Shown here piece after piece: positions 1-10,163 of a stretch of DNA of 64,000 nucleotides (position 1 is its first letter; each line of letters starts with the position of its first letter). A model generated the notes under the pieces. That model made no database searches and was not told the DNA's origin. It worked only from the letters and a program-made list of their open reading frames with translations. The position numbers and the translations under genes are program-made. The DNA is from Octopus vulgaris (Eukaryota): the NCBI GenBank assembly GCA_951406725.2, contig OX597822.1, positions 72,292,001 to 72,356,000 of the forward strand. Reading direction: 5' to 3'.

Positions 1-682
1 ATATAATGAAAAGAAACATAACAAGTAACTGCAGAATATGTGGAGATAGAGAAGAAACAAAAAATCATATTATCTCTGGCTGCCCAGTCCTGGCTAAGAA
101 GGAATATATTCACAGACACAACAGAGTTGGGAGCTACATACATGGAAGCTATGCCAACATTATGGAATAACAACAGAAAGAAGACGGTATAGGGATACAC
201 CAGAAAAGGTCACAGAAAACGAGAAAGCAACCATACTCTGGGATATGCCAATACATACAGATAGAGAAATTAAGGCCAATAGGCCAGATATAGTTGTCAG
301 AGATCATGAAGAAAAGAAATGCTTTCTAATTGATGTATCAATACCAGCAGACGACAACGTGTCTCTAAAAGAAATGGAGAAACTTTCAAAATACAAAGAC
401 CTGGAAATGGAAGTAACTCGAATGTGGAATCTAAAAACAGAAACAATTCCTATCATAGTACGCGCATTAGATATGATAAAAAAAAATATTCAGACTAATA
501 CATAACAAAAACACCAGGACTTACAAACACGTATAACATACAGAAAATTGCACTATTGGGCACTGCACACATACTACGCAAAACACTTTCAATACAGTAA
601 CCAAATCACAGCACATACCCAAGGCACACAGAGCTGCGCTCGTTAGTGAAATGAAAGCACGTTATAAAAATAAAACTACTGA
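1..682 (+). mobile_element. 3' end of an R4/Dong-like non-LTR retrotransposon (restriction-like endonuclease domain), degenerate
   Basis: Translates to CRICGDREET-x-NHIISGCPVLAKKEYIHRHN (CCHC knuckle plus RHN), then ANRPDIVV...LIDVSIP...EKLSKYKDL (PD-(D/E)xK RLE motif). The frame shifts near 481, and the 3' UTR runs directly into (TAA)n. Confidence 0.85.
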
Positions 683-736
683 ATAATAACAACAACAACA
701 ACTATAATGATAATAATAATAATAATAATAATAATG

Positions 737-771
<35 letters not shown>

Positions 772-772
772 T
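683..772. repeat. (AAT)n microsatellite
   Basis: Direct reading; it abuts the RLE element 3' end. Confidence 0.95.
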
Positions 773-857
773 AGTAATTGTTTCAAATTTTGGCATAATG
801 ATAATACTAATAATAATTAATAATAATTCAATGACAGTTCAAAAGAAAATCACTTAC

Positions 858-902
858 TATATTTAACCAGAGATTTGATGCAAGGTTCTGGTTTTTCTCA
901 TC
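858..902 (-). CDS. CHRNA7: alpha7-type nicotinic acetylcholine receptor subunit, 45-bp exon (equivalent to CHRNA7 exon 3)
   Basis: Minus strand reads ttttgcag|GAT GAG AAA AAC CAG AAC CTT GCA TCA AAT CTC TGG TTA AAT ATA|gtaagt = DEKNQNLASNLWLNI, phase 0/0, 45 bp. Compare alpha7 DEKNQVLTTNIWLQM with the loop D Trp. The exon is too short for the ORF track. The symbol means family-level similarity, not proven orthology. Confidence 0.93.
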
Positions 903-1412
903 CTGCAAAACAATGGTAAAAAAAACGAGGTAGTTATTAGTGATACATGGCAAATATTAGTCTCAATACCCATACATACTTCTCTCCGTTCCTTTACAAC
1001 CTCCCCCCACACAGACGGATATAGAAATACAAATTTGTTATGTCAAGATATATACAAACCAATTTAACATTAAAGGGAAAGGTTATTCAATTCTTTTCAG
1101 TGAAAACATTTTTATCCAGCAAGCGTTTTCAAGGAAAGTCGTTGACAGTGACTTTGAATGTTCAACTTGCCCGCCTTTGTCAAGCAGACCGTGCTTTATT
1201 TCGGTTATTTTAGGTTTTAAATCATCTTCAGCAAGTTATGTTTTGAGGTAGGAAGAGCGTATGCGAACTGATAATTAGGTATTAATACATACCCCACCAC
1301 ACACACACACATTTGGATGGATGGATGGATAGCTAGAAGTTTTGAGAGTTTTTTGAGAGAGGCCGTTGTAACTGTCCTAGATTATCTAAATTTAGGTATA
1401 TTATTTCTAAAT

Positions 1413-1737
1413 GAGGCACAATGGCCCAGTGGTTAGGGCAGCGGACTCGCAGTTAGAGAATCGCGGTTTCGATTCCCAGATCGGGCGTTGTGTGTGTTTA
1501 TTGAGCGAAAACACCTAAAGCTCCACGAGGCTCCGGCAGGGGTGGGGGTGGGGTGGCGACCCCTGTTGTACTCTTTCGCCCCAACTTTCTCTCACTCTTT
1601 CTTCCTGTTTCTTGAGTAACGCTGCGATGGACTGGCGTCCCATCCAGCTGGGGGGAACACATACGTTACAGAAACCGGGAAACCGGGCCCATGAGCCTGA
1701 CTAGGCTTGAAAAGGGCACATAAATAAATAAATATAA
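1413..1737 (+). mobile_element. tRNA-derived SINE, family A
   Basis: A box TGGCCCAGTGG, B box GGTTTCGATTCC, and a (TAAA)n tail. The body is shared with 14121, 44117 and 56853. Confidence 0.85.
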
Positions 1738-2035
1738 AAATATTGTTTCTATAAGCTGACCTGCCAAATGCTTGTTATTCCAGATTGGCGGAAACGGCTG
1801 TAACACCACTTGCCACAGCGGACTAGTTTACAGAATGCAGATGAGACGTGATGGCAATTTGGAAGTTGGGTATGCAAAACATGTTTGTGTTAAATTACTG
1901 GGCAAAAGCGCTACAGAAGCTTAGTAAATGCTCCCGTCTGCTTATGGGTTAACTGGAATGAGCCGAGCATCTGTTCTTCGATGGCAAAAGAGGTTGAAGG
2001 ACAGGAGAGAGGAGGTGAGAGACGATGAGAGACAT

Positions 2036-2064
<29 letters not shown>

Positions 2065-2069
<5 letters not shown>

Positions 2070-2400
2070 CGTCAGAACATCACAGCTGATTAAGAAGATT
2101 CGCAATTTTCTTGAGAAATACTATTGAATGTCTAATAAAGACAATAAATATTCAACTTACAGTCGGTGTAGCGACTGTACACAGAATTATTCGTGAAGAT
2201 CTGAACATTCATAACATTTGTGCAAATTTTTTCCCAGGCCATAGGAGTGGCTGTGTGGTAAGTAGTTTGCTTACGAACCACATGACTTCGGGTTCAGTCC
2301 CACTGCGAGACACCTTGGGCAAGTGTCTTCTACTATTGTCTCGGGCTGACTAAAGCCTTGTGAGTGGATTTGGAAGACGGAAACTGAAAGAAGGCCGTCG

Positions 2401-2431
<31 letters not shown>

Positions 2432-2992
2432 GGGTGTGTATGTGTTTGTGTGTCTGTGTTTGTCCCTCCAATCTCGCTTGACAACTTATGCTGGTGTGTT
2501 TACGTCCTCGTAACTTAGCGGTTCTGCAATAGAAATCGATAGAATAAGTACTAAGCTTACAAAGAATAAGTCTTGGGGTCGATTTTCTCGACTAAAGGCG
2601 GTGCCCCAGCATGGCCACAGTCAAATGACTGAAACGAGTAAAAGAGAGGGTTCTCGGTGAGGTGCAACCTGATAAGCATCTACTTAACAGGGATAGGCAT
2701 TCAAACTGTCCATACTCCTCCCTTCACTACAGACCTTACACCCTTTGACTTTTGGTTGTTCCTCAAACTGAAGAACCCCAGGGGCAGTCGTTTTGAAGAT
2801 GAAGGAGGCTGTGATAAGGCCCTGGACACCTTCACTTTGGGGGACTTCTATGAGGTCTTCACGAAGTGGCTGGAGTGCTACAACAAATGCATTGAAGTCA
2901 GAGGATCCTACTTTAAAGGAGTTTTGTACATTTGTGAAATTAATAAATGTCTCTCCTGAAAAAGTCTAGAAACTTCTAGAATGCACCTTGCG
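2065..2992 (+). mobile_element. Degenerate mariner transposase relic, interrupted by a family C SINE
   Basis: VGVATVHRIIREDLNIHNICANFFP|RVL resembles the mariner TVHRIL..DL..KVCAKFVPR motif and continues across the SINE. HTPPFTTDLTPFDFWLFLKLK resembles HPPYSPDLAPCDFWLFPKLK. Confidence 0.8.
2240..2648 (+). mobile_element. Bipartite tRNA-derived SINE, family C (internal microsatellite, LINE-like tail)
   Basis: Head GGAGTGGCTGTGTGGTAAG...GGTTCAGTCCC, CORE-like ACCTTGGGCAAGTG, internal (TA)n(TG)n, and tail GGCGGTGCCCCAGCATGGCC...GAAAC-(AGTAAAAG). More than 10 copies lie in the window. Confidence 0.9.
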
Positions 2993-3163
2993 TCCATCGA
3001 TGTATCTTTCTATCTGTCTGTCTGTCTGTCACCTAATGAAATCGAAGAAGGGCATGCTGTGATGTACGACTCGTACCTTGAAGTATTTTTTAACATGCAA
3101 AGTGTTTCCCTCTACAGGTCTGAATTCAGTTTCTTGCGGAAAGAAAGTGTGTGGGAGAGGTGG

Positions 3164-3222
<59 letters not shown>

Positions 3223-3495
3223 TAGAATCAATTTCTGTACTTGAACTTCAGTTATTTTGTCCAGAAATGATAAAAGATAAGGTAGTCTGTGGTGGAATTT
3301 GAATTGAGAGAAGGGAATTGGAAAAAATGGTGCAGGGTATTCTACCGCCGCTGTAACGGTTCTGCTAATCACCCACTTTTCCTCCTCCTTATGCATGCAT
3401 ACATACATACCTAAGTACATATATATGAATAATAAGAATTATGTATGTATATATATGTATGTAATTATGTATGTGTATCTATATGTGCATATATA

Positions 3496-3897
3496 TACTC
3501 TTTACTCTTTTACTTGTTTCAGTCATTTGACTGCGGCCATGCTGGAGCACCGCCTTTAGTCGAGCAAATCGACCCCGGGACTTATGCTTTGTAAGCCCAG
3601 TACTTATTCTATCGGTCTGTTTTGCCGAACCGCTAAGTGACGGGGACGTAAACACACCAACAGCGGTTGTCAAGCAATGCTAGGGGGACAAACACAAACA
3701 CACACACATACACATATATATATATACATATATACGACAGGCTTCTTTCAGTTTCCGTCTACCAAATCCACTCACAAGGCTTTGGTCGGCCCGGGGCTAT
3801 ATCAGAAGACACTTGCCCAAGATGCCACGCAGTGGGACTGAACCCGGAACCATGTAGCTGGTTAGCAAGCTACTTACCACACAGCCACTCCTGTGCC

Positions 3898-3900
<3 letters not shown>
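3496..3900 (-). mobile_element. SINE family C, full length
   Basis: Reverse complement of the 2240-2648 family. Confidence 0.9.
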
Positions 3901-3928
<28 letters not shown>

Positions 3929-5394
3929 TGTATGCGTGATTGCGTGTGAATGTGCATGTGTAATAGTTTTAAATAACGAAATAAAAATCGAAATGACGTT
4001 GAGGTGTTAATGTAACCACAGGCATGACAAATTTGAAAGCGGTTTCGCAATTAATTTAAAAAAGAAGAAAAACCATCCTATCAAATTGGTAATTCAATTA
4101 CATATTCTCTAACTTATATGCAATGCAATTTTAACATGTAATACAAAGGTCAGATGCTGACTTCTGTAGATTAGAAATTTCAAATCAGAGACAGCAGAAA
4201 AAGAAATATATATGTATGGATTATAAATAGCAAGAAAACATTTGAAAATATTTTTGTTAAATTCTGTGTATTTCGAAGGAGAAAATTCATATATTTAGAA
4301 CTAGGCATTTCGGTATAATTAACGTAAGGAGCGCTTAATAATTTACAACAAACACTTGAACAATAGAATGTTCTTGTTACATAAGTGCATATTAAGAAAT
4401 CTATTGAAATAGAATCGAAAGTGGCATGTGAATAGATAGAAAATCACTGCATAATAATTGTTACTTAAACTTTGTAGTGATCCAAGACAAATAACAAGAC
4501 GTTTAATTAAATCCTGATCCGTTGAAATAATTTACCATTTGTAGCAATTAATTTGCCAGTCAATTGCTGGAGAGATATTCGCTCTCTAGTAGTTAATTGC
4601 ATTTAGTAAGGCTATTTCTTTGACCTTAACAAGTATAGCAAGGAAATGATTGAAGCGGTCTGATTAGTATAAATGTCTTGTGATTATTGAAGTGACTTTT
4701 GACATGCTATTAGCTAAACCGTTGTGGGTATCAGTTTGAAGTAGACTACATGTCTCTTGTACAGTGAGGCTTTTACAACGAATAGAAATTGAATTATATA
4801 TGTAGAGAGTTGCATACGAACTATGTTTATTTGGTGGACTAAATCATTAAAGCAGTACAAATAATTCAGCCGAGAGTTATTTTGCCTTTTATATGTATGC
4901 GCACGCTCAACTAGTTACACTCCACCCTGGTCAACCGGCTTGGTGACAATATAATGCCGGTGATGAAGCTGACAAAAGGCGACGAAATGCAGAAGAGAGT
5001 TGTTAAGTTACCTCTGTCACTTCCAGAAGTCGAAGAGGTCCAGATTGTGACTGCATTTACATAACAGAATTATATTGTCGCCATAAGCTCAACGTCCTGT
5101 TGGAACGGCGTTATGTCCGTAGATCACGTCAAAACAGAAAGATCACTTATCCCGTTGTTGGCCAAAGGTCTCATAAGACCGCAAGTCGGCGAGTGTTAGG
5201 AATTCATCGCATTAATGTGAGTGAGATGAAGTGGAAAGACCTTGTCAAGAATCCTGTGGTTAATGACATATTGTTTGCGCGAGAGCGTCTATGCCTTTGT
5301 GTGTTCTTTGAGCCTTCTCCCGATTTTCTTTTGCAATTCGTTCTCACTTATCGCTCACTTCTCACGATGTTACCCTCATCCCCTCCTTCGGTTT

Positions 5395-5397
5395 ATA

Positions 5398-5433
<36 letters not shown>

Positions 5434-5854
5434 CACACATACATACATACATATGTATATATACATTTAAATATATGTATGTATACACTTATATATATGT
5501 ATATATACATATATATATGTATATATACACATATATATGTATATATATATCTATATATATGTATATATATAAATGTATGTATGTATGTAAATATATATAT
5601 ATGTAGATGTATGCATGTATGTGTTTGTATGTAAATGTATGCATGTGTATGTATATGTAGGTATGTATATATATGTAGGTATGTATATATATATGTAGGT
5701 ATGTATATATATGTATGTATGAATATATATGTATATGTATGTATATATATGTATGTATGAATATATATGTATATGTATGTATATATATGTGTAGGTATGT
5801 ATATATATGTATATGTATGTATATATATGTATATGTATATATATGTATGTATAT
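5395..5854. repeat. Compound (TA)n/(TATG)n microsatellite array
   Basis: Direct reading. Confidence 0.95.
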
Positions 5855-7493
5855 GATTGATTGATTGATTCTAGTTTCAGCTTATGAGCTGTGGCCATGC
5901 TGGGGCACCGCCATTTGGTGTCGCTACTTGGTTTCACTTCATGGAGGCTTTCTAGCAACTGCTATTTGGTGCATGAGAGAGTTCGATGCAGCTGCCCTCA
6001 TCTGCCCCTCCTGCCGTGAAGTTGGTTCATCTGGGACACCTGACAGGAAGAGATCCAGCTTTATTTTAAAGACATCTGTATCCACCCCATGCAGGTCTCT
6101 CAGGTTCTTCGGGAGGATATTGAAGAGCTGTGGGCCTCGGAAGCCCAGGCTATCACAGAATCTTGTCCTACATCTTGATGGCAGGTTTGGAGTCCTAGGC
6201 ACCACGCAGTGGCGCCCAGTTCTGGCATTTGCGTAACTCTTGATGCCAAAGTTCAGGACACTTCCCTCCAGGATCTTCCAGATGTATATTATGGCATATC
6301 TTTCCCGCCTACGCTCCAGGGAATATAATTTTAATCTCTTGAGTCTTTCCCAGTAGCTTACATTCTGCATAGAGGCTATCTTCTTTGTGTAGCTTCGTTG
6401 GATCGCCTCAAGTTCTGTGATCAACTTGACACTGGATGGTGACCATAGCTGAGAGCAATAGTCAAAGTGGCTTAGGACAAGTGTCTTCCAGAGGACCATC
6501 ATGGTTTCTTGTTCTCTTGTTCTAAAGGTTCTAAGAATCCATCCAGCCAGCCGTCTACATTTCATTGTCAGTTTAGCAACATGTACATGAAAGGTCGCGT
6601 CATCACTCATGTGAATACCCAGGTCACGCACTGATTGTGCCTCTGGGATTGCAATCCCTCCGGGTCCAGTGTATTCATTGGGTATTGCATTCAGTTTTGC
6701 ATGCTGATAGTATAAAGCTTGAAACTTTCCAGCATTGAACTGCATGCTATTCTTTTCAGCCCACTTGTATATTTCGTCCAGCTCACATTGCAGGTGTTTA
6801 GTGTCCTCAGGGTTCTGTATTGCCTGTGAAACTTTTGTATCATCTGCATAACTTGTGATCGTGGCTCTCTGCGTGGCTGAGGGCATGTCTGAGAGGGCCA
6901 TTATGAACAGTAGTGGTCCCAGAACAGTGCCCTGCGGAACACCGCTCACTATTTGTGTGTTAATGGAGGTGGCCCCATTGGCTACTACCACCTGACTTCT
7001 ATCCTTCAGAAAGTCATGAAGCCATTCTCCCAGTTTTCCAACTATGTTGAGATCACGCAGTTTGTGACATATCATTCCATGATCGACTTTATCAAAGGCC
7101 TTTGCAAAGTCGAGATATATGACTTCCACATTTGAGTGGTTGAGCAGCCGTTTCAGCACCCAGTCATAGTGTTGTAGGAGCTGAGTTAAACAGCTTCTCC
7201 CTGGTCGGAAACCATGTTGGGTGTCGGGCAGCAAGTCATTCTCTTCAAGGAAGGTGATCAGCTTCCTTCTGACTATTCGTTCCATGACCTTGCTGATGTG
7301 TGAGGTCAGAGAGATAGGTCTATAGTTCTTGGCTTCCGCTCTGCTACCTCCTTTATGAATGGGGCATATTTTACCTTCCTTCAGTTTTCCTGGAAGTTTG
7401 CCAGCTGCAAGGAAGCTCTGAAAGAGGAACTGCAGTGGTCTTGCTAGGACTCTCTTACATGCTTTTAGGAGGATTGCCGGGAATCCATCGGGG
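5855..7493 (-). mobile_element. 5'-truncated CR1/L2-group LINE (RT domain, C-terminus, 3' UTR, (ATCA)n tail)
   Basis: RT motifs [42 protein letters not shown] and RDLG are present. A short 3' UTR and a tandem-repeat tail follow. (TA)-rich arrays flank both sides. Confidence 0.93.
5939..7285 (-). CDS. LINE ORF2 reverse transcriptase fragment (frame stays open upstream to about 7493)
   Basis: 448-aa ORF with YADD. The upstream in-frame sequence reads [69 protein letters not shown] with no stop. Confidence 0.85.
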   Translation of the reverse strand: MERIVRRKLITFLEENDLLPDTQHGFRPGRSCLTQLLQHYDWVLKRLLNHSNVEVIYLDFAKAFDKVDHGMICHKLRDLNIVGKLGEWLHDFLKDRSQVVVANGATSINTQIVSGVPQGTVLGPLLFIMALSDMPSATQRATITSYADDTKVSQAIQNPEDTKHLQCELDEIYKWAEKNSMQFNAGKFQALYYQHAKLNAIPNEYTGPGGIAIPEAQSVRDLGIHMSDDATFHVHVAKLTMKCRRLAGWILRTFRTREQETMMVLWKTLVLSHFDYCSQLWSPSSVKLITELEAIQRSYTKKIASMQNVSYWERLKRLKLYSLERRRERYAIIYIWKILEGSVLNFGIKSYANARTGRHCVVPRTPNLPSRCRTRFCDSLGFRGPQLFNILPKNLRDLHGVDTDVFKIKLDLFLSGVPDEPTSRQEGQMRAAASNSLMHQIAVARKPP

Positions 7494-7543
7494 TATATAT
7501 ATATGTTTGTATATGTATGTATGTATATACATGTATATGTATG

Positions 7544-7592
<49 letters not shown>

Positions 7593-7681
7593 ATATATGT
7601 ATATATTTATGTATATATATGTATGTATGTGTATATATATGTATGTGCATATATATGTGTATATGTATGTATGTGTATGTA

Positions 7682-7728
<47 letters not shown>
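7494..7728. repeat. Compound (TA)n/(TG) microsatellite array
   Basis: Direct reading. Confidence 0.95.
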
Positions 7729-7731
<3 letters not shown>

Positions 7732-7968
7732 TATTTTGAAATTATTAATTCTCGTAAAGTTTATATAGATAAGCGATTTAATTTGACGTGTTTTATAAAA
7801 TAGTCGATGAGGGTTTCCTTATGTTTAGCACTTTATATATATATATATATCGCTACTGCATGTTTAGGTGTTTAATTTAATTTTATTATTTTTTAATGAA
7901 TTTTAAAAAAATCTTATAATTTTCTAATCTTTAAAATCTTTTAATTTTTGTAAATATATATTATGAAG

Positions 7969-8019
<51 letters not shown>

Positions 8020-8022
<3 letters not shown>

Positions 8023-8130
8023 AGAGTTTACGAAGAAAGAAAAGACGAAGACAGGTGATGTACAAAACAAACAGATGTATTAGTATAATGCTCAGGAATA
8101 GAAAAAGTATTTTACGTTTCGAGCCTACGC

Positions 8131-8133
<3 letters not shown>
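8020..8133 (-). mobile_element. Short dispersed repeat embedded in (TA)n, possibly a Penelope-like terminal remnant
   Basis: Homologous, in reverse orientation, to 54340-54510. It carries GAGC-gtag-GCTC-GAAACGTA, the 3' half of a hammerhead-like fold. Confidence 0.5.
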
Positions 8134-8182
<49 letters not shown>

Positions 8183-8275
8183 TTAAGGGTAGAAATCAAT
8201 ATTTATCAATTAAAACCAGTGGTCTAACATATTAAAAAAATCCGAAGATTAAATATTTATATATACCAATTAATT

Positions 8276-8332
<57 letters not shown>

Positions 8333-8399
8333 TCTTATTCTTATTTAATGAAGGTATCCTAGAATTTGTAGGATTAAGTTGGATCCGTTAATAATAATG

Positions 8400-8450
<51 letters not shown>

Positions 8451-8454
8451 GGGA

Positions 8455-8540
8455 AATAGCCTCAGGATGCACTGGTGGATTTATGTATTAGGTATAGTCT
8501 GGTAAAACAAACTACCAGCGCTGAAACACGTGTAGCATTG
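8455..8540 (+). ncRNA. Degenerate minimal type I hammerhead-ribozyme-like motif
   Basis: CTCAGGA (one change from CTGAGGA), stem II GCACTGGT...ACCAGCGC, then GAAA and the palindromic CACGTG followed by TA. Confidence 0.4.
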
Positions 8541-9598
8541 ATTAATATTCTCTTCTTAGCCACATGAAACCACTTTTTTAACAACTGACAAAGGAGACAC
8601 TCTCTCTACAGCAAGTGAGATGGAGCCATATCAACGCTGATTTCAGATTTGATTAATCTTCATCTGTGACCCATTACACCGTCATCGAGGGTTAAATAAC
8701 CTCACTCTCCTTGTCCGCCTTATAGGGAACATCATAGGGAACATTGACTGATTCTGAAAATGGTGAAGTGAGAATTAATAAGGTAGCTATTCGCAATTAC
8801 CACCATAAAGCAACAAGTATAGTAGTTACTAAAGTGACTGAAGGTGCTATTCAGTGTCAAACAACTCTCTGTCGCTTTATGTATATATATATATGGAACA
8901 AAAATAGAATAGAGGACAATGAAACATTTGGACAGACATATGATACAAGGGTGGACAGGAGAAACAACAATTAGAAGGATAGGGGAAAAAAAAGACGGGT
9001 CATTCGTGGCCTTCTTTCATCAGTCAAGTACACCCGAAGTCCTTACTGTTTCGAGCAGTTACACTCAAGACAGTTCGATCTGATCGCCCCTCCCCCAAAC
9101 GTCTAAGCTAAGAGCATTAGATTTTTTTGTAAGAAAGCTAGCGAATGTGTACGGCAACAAAGACAAAAAGAACGGAGTACATGGTACGCAATTAAAAATA
9201 CAAACAACAAAAAAAATAACAACAGGTGAGCTGGCATGTATGAAGTGAAAGCTTAAAGTAAAAAACATAGGAGTTGAGCATAAGAGGTGTTGGCAGTCGG
9301 CAGTCAGGCCAAGAAAGAAAGAGCAAGCATGGCCGGCTGAACACCGGTTACGTGGAAGGAAGAGAGAGGAGTAGGGTGTATATTTATATATACACGCCAA
9401 TATCGAAAAGTGAGCATGAGTGCTCAACACCGCATTGGTGGATAGATATTTTTATTTGCGTGTTAAATAATGCGACTAATGGTTTCATGCAGAGAAAATC
9501 TCTCTACAATTATCTAGCCTGCTACTTGAGAAAATTTGATACTCGTCTTCATCTTGCATGAGAGCATATATGTATGTATATTTACACGCACACATACC

Positions 9599-9634
<36 letters not shown>

Positions 9635-10023
9635 ATTGCTTATATAAACATGGTTAGCACGGGCTTCACGTTTTGTCACTGCGGTTACTCAACAATTGTG
9701 ACTGAATAAAAAGCAAGTTAAAGAAGTCAACAGATACGAGTAATATATTTGATTCAATAAAAAATTATTGAATGCTTTCGTAGATAAAATTTGTTGTTGT
9801 TTACATCTTAATAATTTAACCACGATACATTGAGATTTACATTTCGTTATCAAACATTAATATTCTCTCTACCTAAACATACTGGACTTACAAAACTTAC
9901 TAGAACAACCTAACATATATGAAAACACTTAGGATGTTTTATGTGTATGTGTGTGTAATTTAAATGAGTGACTGTCTCTTTAATAAAAACATGTATGAAG
10001 GTGTAGTATGAGTTTATACTTAC

Positions 10024-10163
10024 AACATCTATGATCTGTTGTAACGTAATTCCAAAAAGAACCAATAAGGTGTCTGTATGGTTGGCAACGGGACGTTCAA
10101 GAGGGTTGTAGGAAGCAAAAAGTGTTTCCAGTAGCCTCCGTTCCTCGGCACTTTGAAGACTTC
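10024..10163 (-). CDS. CHRNA7: alpha7-type nicotinic acetylcholine receptor subunit, 140-bp exon (equivalent to CHRNA7 exon 2)
   Basis: Long poly-T acceptor ...tttttgcag|GA AGT CTT... to ...ATA GAT GTT|gtaagt. It encodes SLQSAEERRLLETLFASYNPLERPVANHTDTLLVLFGITLQQIIDV, phase 1/0, 140 bp. YNPLERPVAN and TLQQIIDV are typical of alpha7 and insect alpha5-7 subunits. It joins in frame to the exon at 858-902. Confidence 0.95.

Noticed and set aside
1413-1490. Functional tRNA genes at SINE heads
   Set aside because: No proper cloverleaf forms, and each continues into a repeated SINE body.
903-10023. Duplicated, mutually exclusive exon 3 as in insect nAChR alpha6
   Set aside because: No second DEKNQ-like 45-bp exon was found by eye in this intron. 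The downstream intron continues outside the window.
858-10163. Cephalopod chemotactile receptor (divergent nAChR-like family)
   Set aside because: The sequence is canonical alpha7-like and split by conserved introns, whereas chemotactile receptors are highly divergent and described as lacking coding introns.
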